A stretch of 47,787 nucleotides of DNA from Candidatus Hadarchaeales archaeon (lineage in GTDB: Archaea > Hadarchaeota > Hadarchaeia > Hadarchaeales > Hadarchaeaceae): positions 1 through 47,787 of the forward strand of contig JAWCKV010000002.1 in the NCBI GenBank assembly GCA_038851565.1. Reading direction: 5' to 3'. The notes under the pieces were generated by a model. It ran no database searches. It worked only from the letters and a program-made list of their open reading frames with translations, and had not been told where the DNA came from. Shown here one piece after another: positions 39,952 through 47,787 of this stretch. Positions within the stretch are counted from its first letter, which is position 1. Each line of letters begins with the position of its first letter. The position numbers and the translations under genes were made by a program.

Positions 39952-40458
39952 ATGTGCGGCGATTTGGGCACCTTGATCGGGCGTTCGATATGGTTCATAC
40001 TGCCGGCGTATGTTGCGAATGCAGCTCCGGTGGTGGTCGGCGGGGGAAGACCGCTGGATGGGGGGAGGAAGATGTCAGATGGCCGTCCTGTATTCGGTCC
40101 GGGAAAAACCGTGAGGGGGCTGGTTGGCGGTCTTATGGCAGGTTTTCTAGTCGGAGTTATCCAGTTCTTGATTACCCTTTCTGCCGCATATCTTGTTCAG
40201 GCGCTTCTCATGTCAGCGGGCGCATTATCTGGCGACCTCCTCGGAAGTTTCATGAAGAGAAGGATGGGCGTTCCGCGGGGAGGTGCAGCCCCCCTGCTGG
40301 ATCAGCTCGGCTTTCTGGCGTTTGCGCTCCTTTTCGTGGCCCCCCTTGCTTTTCCGGGTTGGGATTCAGTGGTGGTTCTTGTGGTCATAACGCCGCCCCT
40401 GCACCTTGCGACGAATTTTTTGGGATACAGGGCGGGACTGAAAAGCAGGCCTTACTAG
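39952..40458 (+). CDS. carS: CDP-archaeol synthase
   Basis: PAYVANAAPV, PLDGG...DGR..GPGKT, GDLLGSFMKRR, LDQL. Confidence 0.93.
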   Translation: MCGDLGTLIGRSIWFILPAYVANAAPVVVGGGRPLDGGRKMSDGRPVFGPGKTVRGLVGGLMAGFLVGVIQFLITLSAAYLVQALLMSAGALSGDLLGSFMKRRMGVPRGGAAPLLDQLGFLAFALLFVAPLAFPGWDSVVVLVVITPPLHLATNFLGYRAGLKSRPY

Positions 40459-40467
40459 GTGTGATGT

Positions 40468-41421
40468 TTGAGGAGAAAGTACGATCTGTTTGGGATCGGC
40501 ACTCCGGTGATAGATCATTTTGTGGTGGCACCTCAGCGGCTGATCGGCGAAAAAAATCTCAGGGAGGAGGCAACAAATTATGTGTCTGGAGAGGAGCTGG
40601 ATAGGCTCCGTGAGGGATTATCGAGCTCAATCCTTCTCGTTTGGCCGGGAGACAACGCGAGGAACGTGTGCGAGGGCGTGGCGTTCATGGGAGGGAGAAC
40701 GGCATACGCAGGACGGGTTGCAGGCGACCGCGAGGGAAGGATGTTCAAGGATGTGTTGCGGCGCCTTGGCATAGATCCGTTTCTTGAGTTTGGTCCGGGC
40801 AGAACTGGCAGGATAATCACCCTGATCACGCCGGACCTCAAAAGGACGTTTGTAGCAGACCTGGGCAACGGGGAGGACTACTCCTTGGTTCCCGAGGAGG
40901 GTATAAAAAGTTCCTGCTTCCTGTTCCTGACCTCGATAACCCTCCTCAGGGGAAAAATAGCGAGGGTGGCACAGGAGTCCATTTTTGTGGCCAGAAGGTA
41001 CAGGACCAAGGTATCGATTTCCCTCGAGAGTTCGCCCATGATCAGGGAAAACAGGTCCCGGCTCCTTGAGCTAATTCGCAAGTCGGATGTCCTTTTTGGG
41101 AACGAGGATGAGATCTCCGCGCTCACCGGGGAAAGCGCCAGGATGGGTGCGGGTACATTGGCGCGGGAGGTCCCGGTGGTTTGCCTTAAAATGGGGAAGA
41201 GGGGCTCCCTCGTTTTCACTGAAGGAAGGGTGCTGGAGGTTGCTCCGTTTCCGGCTTCCGTCAAGGATCCAACCGGAGCGGGGGATTTTTATGCCGCCGG
41301 ATTTCTCTATGGGATGATCAGGGGGAACAGCCCTGAGGACTGCGGGAGGATGGGTTCCAAGCTGGCCTCTATGGTGATAGAGAATCTTGGCGCCACCCTA
41401 GCGGAGACCGGGAGGATGTGA
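40468..41421 (+). CDS. PfkB/ribokinase-family kinase (adenosine-kinase-like)
   Basis: GNEDE, DPTGAGDFYAAGFLYG. Confidence 0.88.
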   Translation: MRRKYDLFGIGTPVIDHFVVAPQRLIGEKNLREEATNYVSGEELDRLREGLSSSILLVWPGDNARNVCEGVAFMGGRTAYAGRVAGDREGRMFKDVLRRLGIDPFLEFGPGRTGRIITLITPDLKRTFVADLGNGEDYSLVPEEGIKSSCFLFLTSITLLRGKIARVAQESIFVARRYRTKVSISLESSPMIRENRSRLLELIRKSDVLFGNEDEISALTGESARMGAGTLAREVPVVCLKMGKRGSLVFTEGRVLEVAPFPASVKDPTGAGDFYAAGFLYGMIRGNSPEDCGRMGSKLASMVIENLGATLAETGRM

Positions 41422-41460
41422 TATATACTCTTAGATGAAAAATCTTTACTCAGGGGGAAC

Positions 41461-41631
41461 ATGGGAAAAGTGGCTGGGGCGTGCAGTCTCTGTGGCAGGG
41501 TAGGAACCGAGGTGTACAGGTGCGGGATCTGCGGGGCGGTCGCGTGCGCGGAGTGTTTCCTCAAGGATATAAAGGCCTGCAAAAAGTGCGTCAGAAAGGG
41601 GCTTTGGGTGGAAAGCAGTAAGCGCGAGTGA
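41461..41631 (+). CDS. Small double zinc-finger protein (56 aa, four CxxC)
   Basis: Not in ORF track; GGGGGA SD then MGKVAGACSLCGRVGTEVYRCGICGAVACAECFLKDIKACKKCVRKGLWVESSKRE; stop 4 nt before the Toprim start. Confidence 0.82.
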   Translation: MGKVAGACSLCGRVGTEVYRCGICGAVACAECFLKDIKACKKCVRKGLWVESSKRE

Positions 41632-41635
41632 TTGT

Positions 41636-42022
41636 TTGCTGGATGAGAAGGCGCTGGAGGAGCTGTCCTCTCTGCTCTCTGAGCTCAGGGAGCTTGCTTC
41701 TTCAGGCATTCCAATAGTGGTTGAGGGTTTGGAGGACGTGAGGGCTCTTACTGGTATAGGCATCAGGGGCAAGTTTTACAGGATATCGGGACATGGGACT
41801 ATATTGAACTTCATAGAGAGCCTATCAGGGCACAATGAGGTTCTCGTCCTCACTGACTTTGACCGCAGAGGCGAGGAGCTGGCAAGGTTCTGTGAAAGAC
41901 ATCTTAAGGTGATCGGCGTCAGGCCGCTTACAGAACAGAGAAAGAGGCTGAGGCAGCTTCTGCGCAAGGAAGTCAAGGACATATCGGGTGTGGGCAGGCT
42001 CATCAGGGCATATGGGCTCTGA
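41636..42022 (+). CDS. Small Toprim-domain protein
   Basis: IVVEGLED and LTDFDRRG Toprim motifs. Confidence 0.88.
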   Translation: MLDEKALEELSSLLSELRELASSGIPIVVEGLEDVRALTGIGIRGKFYRISGHGTILNFIESLSGHNEVLVLTDFDRRGEELARFCERHLKVIGVRPLTEQRKRLRQLLRKEVKDISGVGRLIRAYGL

Positions 42023-42608
42023 GCGAGAGGAACTTGTGGACCAGCCAGGGATCTATCCCTATCCCCGTGAGCTTTCTCGCAATATCCTCTTCCTTCATTC
42101 CCTCTCCAGCAAACTTCTTGTACAGTTTTCCCATCGTCTCGAATATCTCGTGGGGGAAGCACACCCAGGCGTCCGTGAACCTTGCTGAGAAATCAGGCTT
42201 CGTGATCGACCAGGGCTTGTGGTAGAGAGTACAGACCCTCACCTCTGATGCGCCGAGCTTCAGCAGGTGATCCCTGACCACCTTAAGGCTGTTGCCGGAG
42301 TCAGCTATGTCGTCGACCAGCAGGACCCGCTTCCCCTTCACGTCTACGGAGAGCGGTTGAGTGATCTCAGGAACTGAGCGCGTCTGATATATATCTCGGT
42401 AGTACTCAACCTTCAGAGTTGCCAGGTTGTGGTTGGCCAGAATATCTGAAAGAACGCGTCCTGGTATCCACCCGCCCCTTGATACGGCCACAATCACGTC
42501 CGGGATGAAGCCGCTCCGCAGTATCTGGCCGGCCACCTCAACGCATAGTCCGTATATGTCGTTCCAGCTTGGTACCTCATATTTTTCGGGTTTTTTGTCC
42601 CGCTGCAC
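42003..42608 (-). CDS. Type I phosphoribosyltransferase (purine salvage, Hpt/Gpt-like)
   Basis: VSRGG, VLLVDDIADSGNSL PRPP motif, WVCFPHE. Confidence 0.88.
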   Translation of the reverse strand: MQRDKKPEKYEVPSWNDIYGLCVEVAGQILRSGFIPDVIVAVSRGGWIPGRVLSDILANHNLATLKVEYYRDIYQTRSVPEITQPLSVDVKGKRVLLVDDIADSGNSLKVVRDHLLKLGASEVRVCTLYHKPWSITKPDFSARFTDAWVCFPHEIFETMGKLYKKFAGEGMKEEDIARKLTGIGIDPWLVHKFLSLRAHMP

Positions 42609-42710
42609 AGTTCCTAATCACCCTCAGAGATTAAAAGCGATGGTCCTTGAGACGTGGAATTAAGTTTCCCAAAATTTTTAAACGTTGAAGGAGAGATTAA
42701 AGGGTGCAGC

Positions 42711-43100
42711 ATGACAAAGGAGATAACTGAGATCGGAAAGCTGAAGGAAGGACGCTTCGTTATAGTAGATGATGAGCCCTGCAGGATAGTTGGATTCTCC
42801 ACTTCCGCACCTGGCAAACACGGACATGCGAAGGCCAAGATAGACGCGGTGGGACTTTTCGACTCGCAGAAGAGGACAATAGTCCGTCCGACAAATGCCA
42901 AGATCGAGGTCCCGATCATAGAGAGGGGATCAGCTCAGGTCCTCGCCATAGTCTCGAACAACGCGCAGCTTATGGATCTCAACACATATGAAACCTTTGA
43001 GCTTCCCATTCCGATAAACCTGCGCGGGGACGTGAGGGAAGGAGTTGAAGTGGAGTACATTCAGGCTCTTGGAAGAAGAAAAATTGAGAGGGTAAAATAA
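42711..43100 (+). CDS. eif5a: Translation factor aIF5A
   Basis: SAPGKHGHAK hypusination motif. Confidence 0.96.
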   Translation: MTKEITEIGKLKEGRFVIVDDEPCRIVGFSTSAPGKHGHAKAKIDAVGLFDSQKRTIVRPTNAKIEVPIIERGSAQVLAIVSNNAQLMDLNTYETFELPIPINLRGDVREGVEVEYIQALGRRKIERVK

Positions 43101-43116
43101 AACCTTCTAAAAAGGA

Positions 43117-43281
43117 TTATAGATCGCACCCGCGAACGGTTTTCCTGCCGTTGGCCTTAGCGCGGGCGATCGCCTTTTTACAGCTCTCGGCAACAAGCTT
43201 GTCGAGCTCCGTGAAAAAGTCTCCGCTCGCGCGGACGCCCTTCAGCAGGTTTCTCACCGCGGATTTTACCACATATGCCAT
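43117..43281 (-). CDS. Short histone-fold protein (face-to-face / truncated-alpha3 type), 54 aa
   Basis: Not in ORF track; GGAGGTG SD 5 nt before ATG; MAYVVKSAVRNLLKGVRASGDFFTELDKLVAESCKKAIARAKANGRKTVRGCDL ends in the histone RKTVxxxD motif. Confidence 0.88.
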   Translation of the reverse strand: MAYVVKSAVRNLLKGVRASGDFFTELDKLVAESCKKAIARAKANGRKTVRGCDL

Positions 43282-43333
43282 AAGCACACCTCCGCTTTTT
43301 ACCCTTTATTCCTGTTTTTAGGCGTATTTAACG

Positions 43334-44212
43334 CTACCGCCTCACGTGGCCGCTGCGCCCCTTTTTCCTGAACTCCGCTAGCAGTTTTCTCATTTCCTCG
43401 CGCGGCATCTCAAAGCTCTGCGCGATGGTCGGGAATTTTCCCGATTTTACCTCGTTTCTGAATTCAGAGATCGCCCTTGATATCGTTTCGCTGACGTTGG
43501 CGTATCTCTTTACGAACTTGAGCTGTTTGTCCTCCATGCCCAGGATGTCGTGCAGGACCACCACCTGCCCGTCACAATAAGGTCCAGCCCCGATTCCTAT
43601 CGTCGGTATCTCAAGTTTCTCCGTTATCAGCTTTGCAAGCTGCCAGGGCACGCACTCGAGGACAAGCGCGGATGCCCCGGCCCTCTCGAGCCTGATCGCA
43701 TCATCCATCAATCGCTTGGCTGTGGAGCTGGTTTTCCCCTGAACCCTGAATCCGCCGAACTGGTGGTACCACTGTGGGGTCAGCCCGAGATGCCCAATTA
43801 CGGGTATTCCTGACTCCACGATGGCCCTGGCCCTGCTGACCATCGCGCCACCTCCTTCGACCTTGACGGCCTCTGCCCCGCCCTCCTTCACGAGGCGTCC
43901 TGCGTTTCTAATCGCGTCCTCCTCGCTCGCCTGATAGGACATGAAAGGCATATCTCCCACCACCAGGGCCCTCTCCACGCCCCTGGAGACAGCCTTGAGG
44001 TGGTATATGATGTCCTCAACTGTCACGCCAAGCGTATCTCTGAGTCCGAGGACAACATTCCCAAGGGAATCCCCAACAAGTATAGAATCCACTCCTGCGG
44101 CGTCTAGAAGTTTGGCGGTCGGGCAGTCATACGCCGCAACCATGACTATCCTTTCGCCCTTTGATTTCATCTCCGTGAGAGAGGCAGCTGTGACCTTCAT
44201 CCTGCGCACCAT
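43334..44212 (-). CDS. panB: Ketopantoate hydroxymethyltransferase
   Basis: AYD, LVGDSLG, DMPF, VKVEGG, HLGLTPQ, IGIGAG, GQVVV. Confidence 0.96.
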   Translation of the reverse strand: MVRRMKVTAASLTEMKSKGERIVMVAAYDCPTAKLLDAAGVDSILVGDSLGNVVLGLRDTLGVTVEDIIYHLKAVSRGVERALVVGDMPFMSYQASEEDAIRNAGRLVKEGGAEAVKVEGGGAMVSRARAIVESGIPVIGHLGLTPQWYHQFGGFRVQGKTSSTAKRLMDDAIRLERAGASALVLECVPWQLAKLITEKLEIPTIGIGAGPYCDGQVVVLHDILGMEDKQLKFVKRYANVSETISRAISEFRNEVKSGKFPTIAQSFEMPREEMRKLLAEFRKKGRSGHVRR

Positions 44213-44251
44213 GATGTTATTTATTCGTCTCTCTAATTAGGTTGTGGTTGC

Positions 44252-46702
44252 ATGGTTGGAGGGTATAAGGGGAAAATTCTCTGGGTGGATCTTTCAAGTG
44301 GACGAACAGCGGTGGAAAGGATTAACCTGAGGCTTGCATACAACTACCTCGGCGGAAGGGGATACGCTGCCAGACTTCTGTACGAGCGCCTGAGGCCAGG
44401 GATAGATCCCCTGGGCCCCGAGAACGTCCTGATCCTGATGACGGGCCCCCTGACGGGCACTGCATATCCGGGGGCGGGAAGAACTGCGGTGTGCTCAAAG
44501 TCGCCGCTCACGGGGACAGTGGCAGATTCCCTCATGGGGGGCGCATTTGGTGCTTTCCTCAAAATGGCCGGATTTGATGGGATAGCGTTCAAGGGGGTCT
44601 CAAGGGAACCGGTCTATCTCGCTGTGGAGGACGGCAGGGTTTCGATCGAGAGCGCTGCCCATCTGTGGGGAAAAACCACGGTCGAATCAGGCAGGGAGCT
44701 CCTCGGCGCATACGAGGGCTCTTGGATTGCGGCAATAGGTCCGGCAGGTGAGAACCTGGCCAGAATGGCCTGCATATACACCGCGGGAAAAGGGGGAAGG
44801 GAGGGATATGCTGGAAGGTGCGGCATGGGGGCGGTGATGGGGTCGAAGCGCCTGAAGGCGATCGTGGTGAGGGGGTCGGAAAAGGTTAATGTTGAGCACG
44901 AGGCGGAGTTCAGCAAGATGTTGAGAAAGATAAGAAAGGTGATAGAGACGCACCCCATAACGGGCTCAGACGGCAGCCTTGCCAGGTTTGGCACAGCGCT
45001 TCTGGTGCACAGGATCACTGCCGCAGGCATGCTCCCCAGTGAAAACTTCTCCGGAAAAAAGCTCACCTTTGACGATGTCGATGGGTTTTCAGGGGAAACC
45101 GTCCGGGAAAGGTACCTCGTGAGGAAGACCGCCTGTTTCGCATGTCCCACCGCCTGCGGCAGATGGGTCAGGGTGGGGGGCTGGGAGGGAAAGGGCGCGG
45201 AGTATGAGAACATAGCGATGCTAGGACCCAACTCGGGTTTCTATTCCTACGATGAGATAACCGAGCTGAACAGGCTTTGCGATGAGCTGGGTCTGGATGC
45301 GATCTCCGTCGGGGGGATACTGGGGTACGCGAGGGCGGCAGGGGAGGTGTCTGGGTTCGAGGAGGCGAAAAGGTTGATCGCAGAAATAGCGGGCGGGAAA
45401 TCAAAATACTCGGGCGGGCTTGCGAGGATGAGGTCCGGGCGGGGGATCCTCAAGCCGGTCGTGAAGGGACTGGAGCTGCCGGCCTACGATCCAAGGGGCG
45501 CAAGGGGCATAGCCCTCGCATATGTCACCTCAAACAGGGGAGCGTGCCACCTGAGGGCCTACACGATCGCACCGGAGATATTGAGCAATCCCGAGTTCGT
45601 GGATCCGAGATCGGATAGGGGCAAAGCCAGGCTCGTCAGGAGGATGCAGGATGCCTTCGCGGTATATGACTCGATGATAGGCTGCAAATATCATGCGCTT
45701 GCGCTCTTTGCCACTCTGGAGTTCGAGCTGGATGATATAGCGAGAACCCTGACCGCGCTTACCGGCCTGAGCTGGTCTGGTGAGGACCTGCACGACGTTG
45801 GGTCCCGCATCTATGACGTTGAGCGTTTGTTTAACGTTCGCGAGGGATTCACCCCGGATGATGATGCCCTGCCGGGAAAGTTAGATGTTGTCCCGAGGAA
45901 ACTGCTTTTGGAATACTATGCGGAGAGGGGATGGAGCAGAAGAGGAATTCCAAAGAGGAGGCCGCTGAGGGGGATAAAGCGGGCCAGGAAGTTTAGGATT
46001 ATAACGAGTCCGCTTGAGAGGCTATCGTTTCCGGCGTTGCAGGTGGCGCTGGACATGGATGCCGACGTTGAGACAGCGGCCTCGGTCGCGAGGGAGGTGT
46101 ACCTGGGTGGGGCACCCATCGTGGAGGCGGGAACGCCTTTGATCAAGAGGCATGGTGTGGAAAGGCTTATCCCGGTGCTGCGGAGGGCGGCCCCTGGGGC
46201 CCTCATAGTTGCCGATCTTAAGACGATGGACGTTGGAAATCTTGAGGCCAGAATAGCATTTAGGAGCGGAGCGGACATTTCCGCGGTGCTTGCGATCGGG
46301 GGGAGGACAAAGATAATGGAGGCGGTGAGCGAGGCAACGAGGTGGGACAGGGCAATTCTGATAGACTTCATAGACTGCGAGGATCCGCTCGGCAGAATGG
46401 AGGAACTCAAAGAGGATCTAGAGGGACATGAGGAGCGCGTGGTGTTCTGCCTGCACAGGGGAATAAGCGAACAGCTGAAGGGAAGGGGGATATATGAGCA
46501 GGCCCAGCTCATCGCCGAGGCCAAGAAGATCGCGGGCAGGTTCCCTCTGGCTGTGGCGGGAGGAATAAAGGAGGGCGTGGCGAAGGATGTGGTTGCCGCC
46601 GGGGCGGACATATGCATAGCCGGCAGCGCGATATACAACTCCTCGGATCCGAGGGCAGCAGCGAGAAGGATCATTGAGGAGATCAGGGGGTCTAGGCAGT
46701 AA
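44252..46702 (+). CDS. Fusion: aldehyde:ferredoxin oxidoreductase (aa 1 to about 570) + 3-hexulose-6-phosphate synthase (aa about 594-816)
   Basis: AOR: LGGRG, KSPLTG, IGPAGE, GRCGMGAVMGSKRLKA, CFACPTAC, EYE, DELGLD, RGACH, YYAERGW. HPS: LQVALD, EAGTPLIK, ADLKTMD, VAGGI, GSAI. One continuous frame. Confidence 0.9.
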   Translation: MVGGYKGKILWVDLSSGRTAVERINLRLAYNYLGGRGYAARLLYERLRPGIDPLGPENVLILMTGPLTGTAYPGAGRTAVCSKSPLTGTVADSLMGGAFGAFLKMAGFDGIAFKGVSREPVYLAVEDGRVSIESAAHLWGKTTVESGRELLGAYEGSWIAAIGPAGENLARMACIYTAGKGGREGYAGRCGMGAVMGSKRLKAIVVRGSEKVNVEHEAEFSKMLRKIRKVIETHPITGSDGSLARFGTALLVHRITAAGMLPSENFSGKKLTFDDVDGFSGETVRERYLVRKTACFACPTACGRWVRVGGWEGKGAEYENIAMLGPNSGFYSYDEITELNRLCDELGLDAISVGGILGYARAAGEVSGFEEAKRLIAEIAGGKSKYSGGLARMRSGRGILKPVVKGLELPAYDPRGARGIALAYVTSNRGACHLRAYTIAPEILSNPEFVDPRSDRGKARLVRRMQDAFAVYDSMIGCKYHALALFATLEFELDDIARTLTALTGLSWSGEDLHDVGSRIYDVERLFNVREGFTPDDDALPGKLDVVPRKLLLEYYAERGWSRRGIPKRRPLRGIKRARKFRIITSPLERLSFPALQVALDMDADVETAASVAREVYLGGAPIVEAGTPLIKRHGVERLIPVLRRAAPGALIVADLKTMDVGNLEARIAFRSGADISAVLAIGGRTKIMEAVSEATRWDRAILIDFIDCEDPLGRMEELKEDLEGHEERVVFCLHRGISEQLKGRGIYEQAQLIAEAKKIAGRFPLAVAGGIKEGVAKDVVAAGADICIAGSAIYNSSDPRAAARRIIEEIRGSRQ

Positions 46703-46707
46703 AGGCT

Positions 46708-47763
46708 TCATTTTAGTACTCTTTCCCACTTCACGTTTTCTTCAAACAGCTTTTTCATCAGATTGAGCCTGCCCGTGTCGTTGGGCTTTATCCTGCCGAC
46801 TATCCCTTGGATCATGTTCAGAGTTGTATAGGTGTCATATGGGACCACTATTATCGGTGTTTTCATCTCGTCAGCCCTGGGAAGTATCTTGACGCTGGGG
46901 TAGAGGTTCCCTGTGACTATGATGGCAGAGGTTCCAGTTTCCAGGGCTGCCGAGATGATATCTGTCCTGTCGCCGCCCACTATTACAGCCTTGTTCGTCG
47001 TCTTTCTAAAGTATCTCATCGCGCTCTCCATGGACATGGCACCCACCAAAAAGTTCTGAACAAGGTTGTCCATGCCCTCCTTCCCGGCAATGACCTCGCC
47101 TCCCAGGAATTCCTGTATTTCCCTTACCCGCAGGGCGCCCAATATGTCACGGTTTGGTATGGAACCCAGCAGCTCTATTCCCTCTGATTCCAGCACCGAT
47201 CTCGTTATTCTCTCAAGTTCGGGGTATTCCTCAGGTACCCTGTTCAGTATAACTCCGGCCGGAGGTACCCCCAGATCCTCACAGAACTTCACGGTCAGTA
47301 GTAGTTCGTCGATGAAGGAATCATCCCTGACCCTAACAATTATGATGATCTTCGAGCCGAACTCCCTTGCCAGCTCCGGCGCGGCACATTTGATAGAGGT
47401 ACCTCCAAAGATGGAGTTGGGACCATCTATTAGCATGAGGTCTTTCCCATCCGAGACCTTTTTGTAACAGCTGATTATCCTCTCCCTGATTTCCTCCCTC
47501 CTGGAAAATGTTTTCTCGAGAAATCTCTGGCGGTCCAGTACTATCGGACACAGGTCGCCGAGCTCCTCCTTCAGATTGAGTATCTCCCTGACATTTTTGG
47601 CGTCTTCATCAGATGGCTCTCCCGCCATAACGCCATATCCGATGGGCTTGAAGTAGCCAACTCTTTTTCCAAGTTCGCTAGCTTTGAGGGCCATTGAAAC
47701 TATAACGCTGGTCTTCCCAGACCATTCCGTCGGAGAGATAACGTATAATGAGGGAACTTTCAT
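46708..47763 (-). CDS. Phosphotransacetylase-family protein (BioD-like P-loop + DRTGG domain)
   Basis: SGKT, GYFKPIG, GVILNRV, VGAM, GGDRTDI; no catalytic PTA domain. Confidence 0.85.
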   Translation of the reverse strand: MKVPSLYVISPTEWSGKTSVIVSMALKASELGKRVGYFKPIGYGVMAGEPSDEDAKNVREILNLKEELGDLCPIVLDRQRFLEKTFSRREEIRERIISCYKKVSDGKDLMLIDGPNSIFGGTSIKCAAPELAREFGSKIIIIVRVRDDSFIDELLLTVKFCEDLGVPPAGVILNRVPEEYPELERITRSVLESEGIELLGSIPNRDILGALRVREIQEFLGGEVIAGKEGMDNLVQNFLVGAMSMESAMRYFRKTTNKAVIVGGDRTDIISAALETGTSAIIVTGNLYPSVKILPRADEMKTPIIVVPYDTYTTLNMIQGIVGRIKPNDTGRLNLMKKLFEENVKWERVLK

Positions 47764-47787
47764 AATCTGACCCACCTCCTTATTGAG

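Noticed and set aside
46031-46702. Interpreting the C-terminal domain as OMP decarboxylase (PyrF)
   Set aside because: EAGTPLIK and DLKTMD match HPS-type enzymes; the PyrF DxKxxDIxNT and PG motifs are absent
1-47787. CRISPR arrays, tRNA/rRNA genes, inteins, integrases, defence systems
   Set aside because: None recognised by eye; intergenic spaces are mostly too short and protein lengths match intein-free forms. No covariance search was run

Overview
Gene-dense archaeal chromosomal window. Archaeal markers include Rpo4/Rpo6, eL21, uL16, aIF5A, thermosome, FEN-1, CarS, a tetraether synthase and GGAGGTG-type SD sites; a thermophilic euryarchaeote-like lineage such as Hadarchaeota is plausible but only inferred. 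Contents: partial hexulose-phosphate isomerase, TrkH/TrkA, an SRP54-eL21-RpoF-DUF655 operon, a folate-type purine cluster (purB-folD-5FCL-purM-purS-purL-purQ, purE, purN-purD) interrupted by an IS200/IS605 element (frameshifted tnpA, intact but Zn-finger-less tnpB), gluconeogenesis genes (PPDK, FBP aldolase/phosphatase), a glycosylation/lipid-modification cluster with a B12 radical SAM enzyme, GDGT lipid genes, NAD and purine salvage genes, and panB. The most striking item is an 816-aa in-frame fusion of a tungsten-type aldehyde:ferredoxin oxidoreductase to 3-hexulose-6-phosphate synthase (AOR-HPS), a candidate formaldehyde-channelling enzyme. Three small genes are missing from the ORF track: Trm112, a 4xCxxC zinc-finger protein and a short face-to-face-type histone. 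All calls rest on motif recognition by eye; no searches were run.
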